From assembly GCF_022539665.2 (NCBI RefSeq), contig NC_081331.1, positions 6,696,001 to 6,760,000 on the forward strand: a DNA stretch of 64,000 nt, in the 5' to 3' direction. The notes beneath the pieces are model-generated. The model saw only the letters and a list, made by a program, of their open reading frames with translations, had not been told where the DNA came from and did not search any database. Shown in pieces: positions 1 through 13,800 of this stretch. Each line of letters opens with the position of its first letter. Positions within the stretch are counted from its first letter, which is position 1. Source of the DNA: Daphnia carinata. Lineage: Eukaryota. A program made the position numbers and the translations under genes.

Positions 1-1755
1 AGTCATCCGACGCTTTTACTATTTTCATATTCTTTTTTATTAAAAGAAATGAAATAGAGAGTTCGAGTTCAAAGGTGAAGATGATCTTGTCAAACGGACG
101 CTCAAGACTACTGCAGCATGGTTTCAACAAGCCAAGCAAACGTCCAATCAAAACGAATAAGAAAAAAAAAGAACATTCGAGCGTCGTATTTCATTGGCCA
201 GGCCAACCCTACACAAGACGCGGCCATGGGTCTGCTTGTGCGTGTGTAGTAAAGACTGGGTTTCTTCAGCAACGCGACGAGTGTGTTTAGTCAGCTGATA
301 GCCGACGCTCTAATCTCACTGGGTCTGAACTTTGATCAACAACGATAATCAAAACATATATTTCAAAGCTCTGTGCCGGGCATAAATATATATGTACACA
401 TGTGCTGCACTCTTTGGTGGATATACATGACTTATGCTAATACCATTTGACTGGCTATGAACTACTGATACGTGAACATAGCGGGAGAGGGGGATCAACT
501 TTAAAACTTGCGTTAACACACACACTCACACAAAAAGGGGTGGGTAGGACGCTTACCAACGTACCAAACAGAAGGGGGAAAATAAAAATAAGTGGAGATG
601 GAATGCGACGCGTCACGGACGCTCATGGCAGCGCCTACCCAACAATAGAAAACGCCCCGAGAAAGCTATTGAACCTTCCTCATCTTTTTTTTTCAGATTT
701 TTTCAGTTATTTATTTATTTTTTTTAAAGACCGTCAGCAGCACAAAGGTGTTGAACTGCCGCGATGATGTTACACACCGTTTTTTTTTTCGGTTAAGTTC
801 ATTTTCCCTTTTTTTTTTTGGCCAATGAATGACGTGTAGGAAACTACGAAAAGGAAAAATCAGTTCGACACCAACGTCCAAATGCTTTCGACAGCCTGCA
901 TGTGTGTCAACGGAACCTGTTGTCGCATAGCAGACAGTCTAGAAAATGTCCTAAAAAAGGGAAATGTTGCCAAATTTTCGAAACTGTATTATACGAACTC
1001 TGTAGCCAAAGACGAATTGATTACAGCTCACTTTTTTGATTTTCGATTGGATTTCTCGCTTTTGTTTAATTCCCTTAGCCAAATGTGTATGGTGTCGCTT
1101 CTCAGAAGCAAGTGCGCCAGACGCCACCATTTGGAATGCGTAACGTGTGCGCCGTCAGGTGTGTCAACCCATAGGGGGCCGAAGGACCTCATTGTGCAGG
1201 TGTGTGTGTGTGTCCCCCTGTATCTTTTCCCCCTTTTTTGTCTGTTCCACTATCCCCTACATCTATAAATGGAGATTCAATCCGATGGGTCTCCTCTCTC
1301 TCTCTGGAAATCAAACATTCTTCTCCTCCTTTTACTCAAAATGAATGATGACCCCTCCTCCGAAAAAGACGCCAACAGATTAACGGTCGTTGAGCCGTCG
1401 AACGGTTGCCATGGAGATTTTTTTGCCATCTCACATGCTACTTTTAACGCTAATGGCGATACCCAGATTTCTTTTTCCTTTTTCTATTCTTGTTTGCAAC
1501 ATACAATATTATTTATATTATTATGATTATTATTATTATCATTTTTTTTTTGTTGAATCGAGGGGCCTCGCGGCGTTACGAAAATGGCCGTGCCAATCTC
1601 GAAAGAAAGAGTTGCAGCAACAACAAAAGAGCAAAAAAGAAACAATAAAAAGCCAAGCAACGCCTTTTTCTTTTTCAAATAAGAAGACGGCCGGACGTTC
1701 CAACACACAGCCGCACACCTGCAGAAAATGATTGTCTACCCACGCCCACCTCACG

Positions 1756-1778
1756 CACACACACACACACACACACAC
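1756..1778. repeat. (CA)n microsatellite
   Basis: About 11 CA units; similar short tracts at ~2875, ~43893 (TG) and ~54841 (GA). Confidence 0.8.
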
Positions 1779-4403
1779 GCATTACACCACAGATGTCTAT
1801 TTCTTAATCCATTTTCATGGCAGCTTCTATGGAAGAATAGAAAAGAAAATTTTCTCTCTCAAGCCCGGAAGGTGAGAGCTAGAGAGAAGATGGCGCGCGC
1901 GTAACGATCAAATATGCGTCGTTAAATTTTACGAGAATGAGCCGCACACGGTTGTCGTTACAGATGATTTTTTCCTTCTTCTACCAATAGTCAAGTCTTT
2001 TTCCTTTTTTAAATATCAACATGATTTCTTTATTATATTTTGAATTGTTCGAAATAGCAGACGACGGTAAGACGATACTTGTCGTCAGGTGGTCGTCGGT
2101 CGTCGCCGGGACCTTCCTTTTTTTTTCTTTTTTCAAACTGCCCACCCTCTTTTCACGTCTATAAAGATTAGGTTTAGACCAGAAAAAGAAAAAAACTTTT
2201 TTTTTTTGGGGCCGTCGTCGTCGCCGCCGGTCAAGTTTATCTTGTTTTTTTTCTTTTTTCCTTTACTCGAGACGCCCTCGACTCGGACTTTGGACCAAGG
2301 GGGAGCGCCATCTTGAAAAATCTCGTCTAAGATGTCTACACTACTGGCCAAACCAAAAAACGTGTATCGACGAAATTGAAAAAAAAAAATATGTCAAATA
2401 CAAGTCAACTTTTTTTGTTGTTGATTATAAATGTGCATAATATTTCAGGACGGGTGACTAATTTGAAATGTTGTTGAACGGGAAAAAGTATACAATTTTA
2501 TTTTTATTTCATTTCTGAAATGAATTAGTAACTGCAGACAGCACTAAATGTAAAAAAAAAAATGAGAACTGGCAAGTGCACTGGCAAAGACAACGAAGAA
2601 TAAGTTTAAAGGTGACCCGGACACGACGTCACAAGGTTGGGCCGCCTTCGACGTCGGTGGCCAAGACAACAAACACCACCAAAAAGTCCCCCCCCCTCCT
2701 CTCTCTCCACACCAAACTCGGTCCGAGCCCCTCCTTGTTTGACCCCAGGGTCTCCGCTACGTATATACAAGACACCACTACAAGTCCAGTTTCTTGCATT
2801 ATTTTCCCTCGACATTCTCACCTTCGACTGGGCGCATGTTATAACTCCTCCCATTCAAAAAATTAAAAGCACAAACACACACACACACACACCAACATCT
2901 TTCATCATATTTTTAATTTTTTTAAAGATTTATTTGGTCTGTGTGTGTGTGTGTATAGTTTATTTCACATCGAAAAACGAATCTCGGTAAACTAACGCCA
3001 CCGCTGCATGTCTATCTTATCGCGCGCTGGCCTCGCGCCGGTTTCCCAATCGCTGCCAAATCGCTCTGCTTTTTTATTTATTCTCTCAATTTTTGTTTGC
3101 CAGTTTGCGTGTGTGAATGAGTTTTTGCTGATTGCCGTCACTCTACCGTGGAATGAAATCTTTCTTCACCCCAAACCGGATTTTTTATTTTTGTATTATT
3201 ATTTTTGAAAAAAAAAAACAGACGACGTATTTTTAAATAAAAGCCCACGAGGGGTGATGGGTATCTTCTTCTTTTGCCCTGCATGGAGGGGGTAGGGGAC
3301 GAGTTTTTGACCCCGACGCGCGGCCATCATGGATAGGAGGGGGGGAAGAAAAAAAAAAAGAGGGAGGAGGAGTTGAAGGGGGGGTAAATGCACTAGTGTA
3401 GTGGAATGTTTCTTTTCCCCCCCTTCAACCCACCGACCCCCTAAACCACCTTACACACCAAGAGAAAGGGAGGGGACGTGGGTCAGCAGTCAGCTCTCTC
3501 TACTCTGCTTTTTTGCTGTCTGATTTCGTTTGTTGTTGGACAGACCCTAGCGCGTTGCCGGGTGGTCAACCTCCGCCCTCTTTTTTCTCTCTCTCTCCCT
3601 TTTTTTTTTTTTTTTTTTTACCTCAAAACCTTTTTTTTTTTAATTCTTGAATTTTCTCATTTTTTTTTTTTGCCTGGATATGGTCAAGGTCTATGGCGAT
3701 ACTAGCGCCGTTTTTCGTTCAGTTTTTTCCATTGAAAATCATTGAAAATTAGACGGTTGTCTGTCGTCTGTAAAGACGTTGACGCGTCGTCTGGAAATGT
3801 CATGTGCACCACTTTTTGTATGTATGTCCCTTCCCGTCGCTTGTTTATCTCCCCGAAATCACACACACACACACGACCATTTTCGTAGAGAGAGCGTCTT
3901 GGCGCTCGCGTCTCTCTCTCTCTCCGGAGAAAAGATTTTGTTTTCCCCCCTGAAAAAAAAAAAATGAAAGAGATGGGAAAAGGTGGATAAATAAAAATAA
4001 ACCACCTGAGGATGAAAAGAAAGGAAAAAAAAGGGAAGGAGGAGGGTGGATAGGAGGAGCTCTAGAAAAAAAAGAGAGAGAGACGCTGCCAACGCCGCGC
4101 GTCTCCAAGTGTTGCCCGCCGGTGGCGCTCTAGAGCCCATTCGACCGACAAGTGTCCACAAGAGCGGTCGTACACATATTCACCTCTTCTCTCTCATTTC
4201 TCTTTTCCTCTCTGTTTTCTCTCTTGATATTCTATCCACTACTGTTTTGGTTTCTCCTACGTGCGTACACGAGTTCAATCCTGCGGGATCAACATTTTTG
4301 ATTGTGCTGATTTTCAGTCCAGGATTTTTTTTTGTTTGTGTGTGAAGGGACAGAACAGAAACAGGTGAATTCATTTTTACTCTTTGTGTTTTTCTATTCG
4401 CAG

Positions 4404-4423
4404 ATTTGTGTGTCGAAATAGTT
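4404..4423 (+). other. Probable 20-nt 5' UTR exon of bab; upstream exon ends at donor 4364/4365, coding exon acceptor at 4800
   Basis: tattcgcag|ATTTG...GTT|gtaagt; upstream ACAG|gtgaat; downstream gtcgcag|GAGG 23 nt before the ATG. Confidence 0.5.
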
Positions 4424-4823
4424 GTAAGTTAGCCGGTTGTCAGAGTGTTGAAATTCAACGACGATGAACGACGCCGGTAGCACAAGGGGGCAGGGAATTC
4501 CTATTCACAAAATGTTGATTTTTTTTTTACTTGTTTCTGTGCGTGCGTGCGTGCCCACGTCCCCCCTCCTTCAAAATGAAAACAGGTTTTTTTTTGTTTT
4601 TTTTCTATGTTTGAGGACAAGGGAAGGGGACAGTCAGTCTAAGGTTTGTGTTCTTTTTGTGTCTGACGGGCGCGTCCATTGTTTTTATTGGTCGCCAAAA
4701 AAAAGGAGGAACGCCATTTTTGTTTTCTCTTACGTTTGATTTCATTGTGCACCTGCAACTTGTTTTTTTTTTTTTTAATGGGCATTTTGATTTGTCGCAG
4801 GAGGAACAAACAAAAAACAGGGA

Positions 4824-7800
4824 ATGTCGTCAAAAATGGCGTCGACGTCGTCATCTTCGTCGTCGGCTGGCTCGTCTCCGCACCTGTGCCTCCGCTGGAA
4901 CAACTACCAGTCGAACTTGACGAGCGTCTTTGACCAGCTGCTGCAGAACGAGACGTTCGTCGACGTCACTTTGGCCGCCGATGGACACGCCATCAAGGCC
5001 CACCGAATGGTTTTGTCGGCCTGTTCGCCCTATTTCCAGCATCTCTTTTTCGACAACCCGTGCCAGCATCCGATCGTCATCTTGAAGGACACGCGCTGGC
5101 CGGAACTCAAGGCCATTGTCGAGTACATGTACCGTGGTGAGATTTCCGTCGCCCAGGAGGAGTTGACGTCGTTGTTGCGCGTCGCCGAGACGCTGAAAAT
5201 CCGGGGTCTCTCCGAACTCAACAGCGACCGACACGCCGCTGCTGCCGCCGCTGATGATCGCAGCGAATCGAGTCCAATGGCCAGCGTCCATCCGACCAAT
5301 TTAGCGGGACCCTCGTCGTCTGCGTCGTCTGGACCGGCAGCTGTTAGAAGATCGACGCAGAGTCCGTCGTGGCCGTCGTTACCTCATCATCAGGGAGTTT
5401 GGCCGAGCCACGTGATGGATGAAGAAATGGCAACGACGCCATCGCCCACACCGGCGCCAGCCTCTCGATCGTCTGGTGTCAAACGACGTCGTGTTTCGGG
5501 ATCTGAGAGTCCGCTCGGTGGAGCTTCGAGTCCGGCAGCTGCCTCCACCCCGGGGATGCATCATCAACATCACGAAGAGGCCAGTTTAGACCATCACGAC
5601 GGCCCACTCTCGTTGGTCGGCCATCAACAACAAGCGCCGCCGCCGCCACCACCGCCTCACAGTCCGGTCGCTGCGCCTCAGGCCTTGACCCAGGCACCGC
5701 CTCCTCCTTCGTCTCTCCATCAACATCCACTGGTGCACTCGGACGACCTTGATATTAAACCCGGCATCGCCGAACTCATCCGCGAAGAAGAGAGGGTAAG
5801 TTCGTATTTTATTTTATTTTTTTTAGTTTGAACGGCATTTTTTTTTTGTTGGTTAAACGGAAGTTGATAAAAATAGTCGACCTATACACAAAATCTTATC
5901 GCTAAATGGGGAGGGCTGTGTGTTTTTTTCAAAAAAAAAAAGAATATCAGCATCCGCAAAAAAGAAACGGTTAGGGCGGGCGTTTTGTTTTCTCAATTTA
6001 TGTTTGAAGGTTCTTGCGGCAGGAAACCCCATATCGTTATCGTAGCGTCGCGACGCCCTTTTCGTACATTAACAAACATCTTTTTTTGTTTTTAATTTTC
6101 AAAAAAAAACTGAATTTCATTATCATTTTCAAGAAGAAAAAAAAGGGGGGGTTGAGAAAGTTATAAAGATGGTGCCCCTCGGCGCCACATTCCGACGCTT
6201 GTTAAAAAAAAAAAAGGGAGGAAAAGAAATGGGCTCTCTCCCTCCGGAGATGTTGGAAGAGGATGAAAAAAAAAGACGAAATGTTTTTTTCTTGTGGGGG
6301 GGGGGGTGGAGGGGTGGAAGACGCTTGGTATGATGGCCTTGATGTTCACTCGAGGGTTGTGCTATTTCTCTTCTGGACAAGAAAATAAGTTTTTCTTTAC
6401 CCAAGAAAAAAAAAGCCCCCCTCTTTTTTTAAGGTTGAAAGGTGACCAGTCCCGACACCCCCTGCTGAGGTCCCAAATCCCTTCGACCTCTTCTCGACCA
6501 ATGCCGCCGTTTTTCTTGCCCTCCTCCCAAGGATTTTTTTCTTCTGTTAATGGGAAACGAACAACATGAGCCCCGAATTTCATTAGAAACAAAAAAAAAA
6601 AAATGTTTTTGTCCAAAGGAAACAAACTAGAAAATAGTAAAACGTTAGTTTTAGAAAAACCGGTGAATGGCGCAATCCTGCGATGCATCCGAGCTTGAAA
6701 ACGATATTGCGCCTGATGGATTACGTATGGGGAGGAGGGCCAAAATACCTGCTTTAGCACAATAGCACCAAGAACTACCCGCCGCTCATTGATACGTTTC
6801 GCTCTTTTTATTTACGATTTTGTTGTTGCATTTTGTCAAAATGGTTCTTTTGCGGCGCGATCCAGCGGAAAAAGGATCCGTTGGCAGCGCTCTTCCTGTT
6901 TATCGAAAAGCCGACGCCGATCGTCGCCGTCGCCCGCGCCCCCGTTATATTTTGTGTTCGATAACTTGGGAAGTAGGGGGATTGTAACACTGTAAAAATG
7001 TCTTGAGGTAAACAACATCGATCCGTGTTTTTCGGAAAACCGGAATTGAGAACGTCGTGGCCATCATTAATCTCCCCCCCCCCCCCTCTGTCTCTTCAAT
7101 TTTTCACAAAAAGCTAAGCGATGTGTTATTGCCAGAAAGAGAGAACAAACAAGTCGTTCACAATCGTCTACAAATCCAAAGTCTTTCTTTGATATTTTTC
7201 ACCAATATAGAAAAATAAATATAAACGTCAATTAAACTCGGACCTTTTTTTTTTTTGTATGAAAGAAATCCGTTCATTAATTGATTGTTTTTTTTTAAGA
7301 CTTGATGGTCGAGAAACAGCTCCCCTCCCAATAAAGGATCACAGTTTGAAGGTCGAAAACGTTTCGATTGTCACTTGTTTTTCACATAGGGGAACCCTCT
7401 TTTGTTTTTTTATTATATTGACACCTGTCTGGGGATAGTTGATGACATCCACACACATGCTCCCTTTCTATTGGGTTCTTGTTACCTGGGGAGTGTGTCT
7501 ATGATGGTTATCTCCATCGAGATTTTTTTTTTTGTTCGACTCGTGTACAGGTCAAGCGCAATTCGACTCGGTGAAGCTGTAAAACGGTTAACGACACACG
7601 TTTTTTTTTTTCAAGTTTATTTTGAAGGGATTATTGTTACACGGAGTAAATTCTTAACCCCCCCTTTTTTTGACAAGTACAACTTCATTAAGAATTGGAT
7701 GCTGTTCAAAAAATTTGGGTTTATTTTAACTTTGTCTTCTCGTTGATTAGACATTTTTAATCAAATGCTGCGAGTGAAAAGATTAACTCGATAGCTTTTG

Positions 7801-10800
7801 TTTGTCATTAACGCTTGCATTTTTAATGAAGCTTCTCTCTTATTGGCTCGTGGAGAAACATACCCAGATTTGTTTGAAGACTCGTTTTCTCTACACACCT
7901 TTACAATATGTGTGTGTTAGGGAGGGTGTAGGGAAGAAGTAGAGAAAACTAGTAAAGTACCCTCATCATTTCAATACCTTAGTTCTTGTGAAAACGAGAG
8001 GAGGGGGAGGTTGTAAGTATGTAGCCGCTCAGTGTGTGTGTGTGTGTACGTATAGAAAGCAGAAAAAGGTGGTTGTGCCCACCCGCTGAGAGGTTGGGTA
8101 CCGTCCTCCCTTTTTTTTTGCAACCTGTTTTCATTGCTCCCTCTCTCGGAAAGTTGTAAAAAATCATAAAAAATAAGTATAAAAAAGCCAGTACAATTTC
8201 CCCAACCAAAGGGACATGGTTTATGAGCCCTCCCCTTCCTCTTTTTAATAATAATAAAAAAAATAAGCTTGGCAGAAACGTACGTATCTTTGGTGGGATA
8301 TGTCACTAAAGATACCCACAGTTATTTTTTTTTTTATTTTTTTTTTACGAAGAGAGAGGAAGTTAGAAAATGGAGAAAATACCTGGATTTTCTTTTTTCT
8401 GCCCTTTTTTCTTCAAATACCGGACAGCCCCCACAAAAAAAAAAAAAGAAAGTTCACATTTATTGATGGATCGGCCTCGTAACGGCCGGACGCTCCCAAT
8501 CTCTATTGAGCAACTCTTTTTTAATAGCCTCAGACGGATCGTGAGAAACCCCATAGCCAGTTTTATATATACATTTCTTTCCCTCTCTTTTTATTTTCTT
8601 TTACCTGGTGTGTGGACTATGAAACTGATTTCCTCCTCCCCCAAAAAAAATTTCAAATCAGATATATTTTGCTAGACATTACTGTGCGTTTTTCGTTTTT
8701 GAATGTTACCTTCTAAAAAAAAATAAACCCCATTTCTTTTGTTTTCAGGCTCGAATGCTGGAAGGGACTCACCCGTGGCTGACCGCTTCACCGTCGGTGC
8801 TCTCAGGTAAGAACCGGACCAAACTTTTTATTTTTACTAGCCTTAAAAAAAAAAAAAAAAAAAAAAATGTTGAAACGAAATTGGGTCCAGACGCTGACAG
8901 GGTAAGGGCATGCTTTTATCTCTTGTCCGTCAGCTCCTCCCTTAAAAAGTTTGAATTTTTCACGGCATTGACGGAAAGAAGAGAGGCTCTTGCACGGGGG
9001 GATGTTTTCATTAGTCGATGTGGCATGTTTCGCATGACAAATTTCACCGTTTTCTTTTCTGTCCAGTCGTCGAAATGAATGACACATTTCAATTCCAGTT
9101 TCATGTGAAATGAACCTTTTTTTTTTTTTCTCTCTCCACGCCGATAGTTTTTGCTTTTATCCATGCCGTGATCATCTATTTATCGAGATGCTCTTCTTTT
9201 CATGAAGCATCTCATTTATTTTGATTGATTTTTAGTTTTTTTTTGTTTGGTTTTCATTTTGATTTTTCATTTTCTCCCGCATTTTTTTTTTGTTCTGCCA
9301 ATATAAAGAATCGCTAGTCCAGTGGCGGTCCAAAGCTCCATCCTGGTCTAAGGAGACGCTCCAAGAGGCCATCAACTCGATTGTGACGCAAAAGATGCGC
9401 TTCACTCAGGCGTCGTCTCACTACAACATTCCAAAAGGCACTTTGTACGACAACATTCTCGGAAAATCCAAGCGCATGTTGGTCCTGGACGAACTCGGTC
9501 TCGACACCCAAGATGAGGAAGCTGTTCTGGATTTTTGCTGCGAAACGAGCGTCATGCCGTACAACCGACGGACTAACAAGTCGCTGGAATCTATCGTCGC
9601 CTTTGTTGAGAAGCTGAAACAAAGCAAAGGCCAGCCGTCGTACAAGCTCGGCAGTCTGATGGGCTTCCGATGGTGGTGGGCATTTTGCAAGAAGCACAAC
9701 ATTGTCTCGCTCTTCTACGTCAAGAACAACAACAACAACAAATCCAGCAAGAATAAGAACAACAATCGTTCGTCACCCAGCTCGGCCTCTTCTGCTTCGT
9801 CCGGCTCCTCTAACAATAACAACCTTTCACCCTCACCACCCGATGAGTTGATCCCAGAGAATTTGTCGAAACCTTTTGAAGAAGAGATGCCCGTCGGTGG
9901 TGGGAATCACATGTCGGTGGCCGCTGCTGCCGCCGCCGCAGCAGCGGCGTCCGCTTTCCGTAGCATCAACAACAACAACATCCACCTGAGCCAGGCGTTC
10001 CAGCTCAGCCATGCCTTTCTTCTCCAGCAGCAGCGGCAAAACCATCGCCACAATCTGAGGAGTCGGACGCACAGTGTCGACCACGATCACGGAGATGAAA
10101 GCGATCCCGAACCGGAAAATTTGTCCGTTCATCGCGGATGATTTTGTTTTTGGCGATATGGAGATTTAAAACGAGATTTAAAAAAAAAATTTAATCGAAA
10201 TGAATCGATTTACCTCTAGAACCAGGACGATAAATTCAACGGAAACATAACACATAACACAAAGAAAGAGCAACGTTGCCTTGTTTTTCACCTTAAAAAA
10301 AAATACCTCCTCAATTATTTTTGACATTGTATACAAATTTCCTCGGGTAGAGTTTGTGTCATTTGTGACTTAATTATTCGCTCAATAATTTTTTTTTCTT
10401 TTTTTTTTTGTTTGTGAAAACACCTCGTTGCGGGTTTTGATGTGTGAAGCAGTCTGAAGAGGAGGGGGGTGATTTAAAAGAGAAATAATCGTAAAAAAAA
10501 ATAAAGGGAAGGAGGAGGGGTCGACTTGTTGTTGTTATTCGTTCCGGAAGTTTTTCAGGAAGGGATAACAAAAATTGAAAGGAAAAAAAAAATGAATTGG
10601 ATATTTTTTTATTTTCCTCCTCCATTTCCCTGAATAACCCCTCCCCCCAGACTGAAGTTTTGGCTCTCGTTTGTTCTTATTTGCTTTTTGTGGATATGAA
10701 TTATGATGACAGCTTGTTACATTCCCCCTTTTTTTTTCTTCGTGAGGTGTCTTACAAATTGGCAATATTTGATCGGTCTTCCATCTCGTTCGAAGACTTT

Positions 10801-13800
10801 TTTTTTTCTTGGGGTCTTTTTTTTTTTTTGCTCTTCTCATTTGTTTGCTGTTTTGCTGAAAAAGACTATTAATTTTCGTGTACATTTATGGCCGTTTATC
10901 GGTCGTGATGAAAAGAATTGCCAAATGGCGACAATCAAATCGATTAGTTCTTATTGGCCAACTGTTTGTGCCAATTAAAGTTTAGCGTTTTTTTTTTATT
11001 CGTTATTGTTGTTGTTTTCCAGGCCATTTCGAGTCTCCCGTAACGCAACGTGCCAATTCGGCGGCCATATCCATGCATCTGTTGTCAGAGCTCATTTTCT
11101 TCGATTTCATTTCTCACATTGTTTTCTCTTTCTTTTTTCACGATTTATTTTTTTTTTTTTGACTTTTAAAAACGTGTCTTGACTGTCATCCTCCCCAAAA
11201 CATCTCGATTAGCGAGTTTTGATAGCGGTGGGGAAATGTTTTTCAATGTTTTTTAGGTGCCAAAAGATGTCGCTCACGACGCGCCCAATCATTTCTTGTT
11301 TTTTTTTTATTTTGCGCGTCTCTCGAATTGCACTCGTGACAATCTCCCGCATCTGTGCCTGACATGTCCTCTTTTTTTCGCTCGATTATCCTCTTAATCG
11401 AGGGTCGCATGTCTTTTTTTTTGCGTTTAACCTGGAAAAATTCTATCCGTCTACTTCGCTCACGTTTTTTTTATTTGTGTGTTTTTGGCCAGGTATGATT
11501 TGATTCTATTTCTTAATTTTTTTTGTATTGTTTTTTTTTTTTTTGGCTGGCATCATCTCGCCTTAACCTTGTCAAAAAAAAAAAAATACAAAAATAATTG
11601 ATTTGATATTTCCCGTATATCGTCCTAAGTTGCTATTAATTATGTTTGTTATTGTTGTGCGTGTTTTGGGTCGGACGGTGAAACTAGCAGGTAAAGTATA
11701 ATTGCTATTTTTTTGTGTCATTAGCCGTCGTTTAGAAGTCAACAAGGCCAATTTTGGTAGCAATCGTAAAAAATGAGAAGATGAACTCACATTAAAGTAT
11801 TAGCCGCTTGGTTGTTTTCTATTTATCTTAAGTCGTTTTTGTCCTGTTCTTGCTCGAATCAACATTACAGTGGACACTTAGAAAGTAGTCACGGACGATG
11901 ATGTTAATCATGTAAGGACCAATTTCAGACAACCAAAAAATGGATAACGTTTTATCCATTTCAAAGTTTTAGTTAGCCGTGCGCAAGGTAAGGCTCGTTG
12001 CCTTACTTTCTACTTGAAGATGGAATCAATTTTTCTTGCGTTTTCTAGAAATTTTAAAAAATTAATTGAACATTTTCAATTGTTAAGCAAAGTTTGCCGA
12101 GTGGGGCAAAGTGGCGCGCACGGTCCGAAAGAGTTGAAATTCCAATGGGATGGAGAGGGGGAAATATTATTTATTATTAGGTAGGCCGCAAAAGTCTGTG
12201 CTTGGTCCAGGAGGGCGCCTTGAAAACTTTGTCATATAGATGCGTACGTCATTGCAGATCGTGTAAACGTCTACTTGGGACCAGGGGGGAAGCTTATAGA
12301 AACTAGAGTTGCGCTGTAAAAACATGGGCCGTGTAGCCCATTTTCCATCATTTAACAGATCCATATGCTTTTAGAATCATCGGGCTAGAGAAATCATTTA
12401 TAATGTTGAAGGCGTTGAAATAATAATGAAGGCCAGTGCCAGTTGTTTTCAACAAAACGCCAACTTAACCAGGCGAAACGGGTTCTCCGGTTTAACCAAT
12501 TTTGCTCGGCATTATTTCACTGCTGCTCCGGTTATTGCTTTTTCTTGTGTTTAATGAAAACGGCAGCATTTGATTTAAAACAAGCGGCTAATACTTAGTG
12601 ATGACATTGCTCAATCTTTCATGTCGTCCAGTTGTGTGTTGATTGCCTTTTCGACTATTTAAAAAAAAACAGTGTGTGTTTAATAACATGATGTTGGTTT
12701 GTGTAGACACGTACCAGTACCAATTGCAGGCGCTGTGGCAGAAAGCTTGGGCTACCGGACAGGGTGTCATGCAAAACTTGCGTTTCCGTGAGCGTGGTCC
12801 TTTCAAAACTTGGAGGCCAGAAACCATGGCCGAGGCCATCATGGCCGTTCTCCGCGAAGGATTGTCGCTGTCCCAGGTATCATCCATCATTCTCTCAAAT
12901 GAATATATCTGTATACCTGTGTATAATTCTAGTTTTTTCTCCCCCTCGTTCGGTTAACAAAAACTGGTTCGGTGGCTTTTTAGACGTCCATTGCTTATCA
13001 AGGGCTATTGATTTCTCAAACTTGTCATGACGGGAAGACTCTGATGATTTGCTGATGATGTTGATTGTCTAATATGCAATGTACACATCGTAGTCGCGTT
13101 GCTTTAGCTGGCACTGTATGCTATATAAGATTGCTTTCGAATGGTTAATGAGCAAACGGAGGAGAGCGCGGGACACGCACTAGACTCCCTCCTATTGATT
13201 AATGGCGAATTGCATCAAGTATTCAAACTCCTCCTCCCCCCGTAGCAGTCTTGCTGGAGGGACGGAGGAGGGTCGTTATTGAAATTGTAATCACGCGTTC
13301 ATATACCGACGAGGAGCTGCCATCAGGAGTCGAACCGACACACTCGAAGACGACGCCCACGACGCCGGCGACGCGCTCTTTATTAGATGAATTCATTTGA
13401 ATAGGGAATGCACGCTTGTGCTGTGTGCCGCGCAGAGAAACTGTTAATCTACATCAGCGTCCCTCTCCCAAGTGTGTGTACGAGGCGAGCTCATAATGGT
13501 CTGATTTGCATATGCTAATAGGCTGCCAGGAAATTTGACATTCCGTACCCGACGTTCGTGTTGTACGCCAACCGCGTGAATAACATGCTCGGGCCTTCGG
13601 CCGACGGTGGACCAGGTAATCAGCTCGCAAGCTAAATGGCTGCATTGCTTTCTTTTTTTTTAAATGTTGCAACGTTTCGAGTCTTATTACGCAATGTGGT
13701 ACCACTCGTCAATTTGTCATTCATGAATTCAAGTCGGACAACGCCCAGTTTTTTTTTCTCGTTCAAAACTAGTAGTTGCAACAACATGTATTCGTTGACA

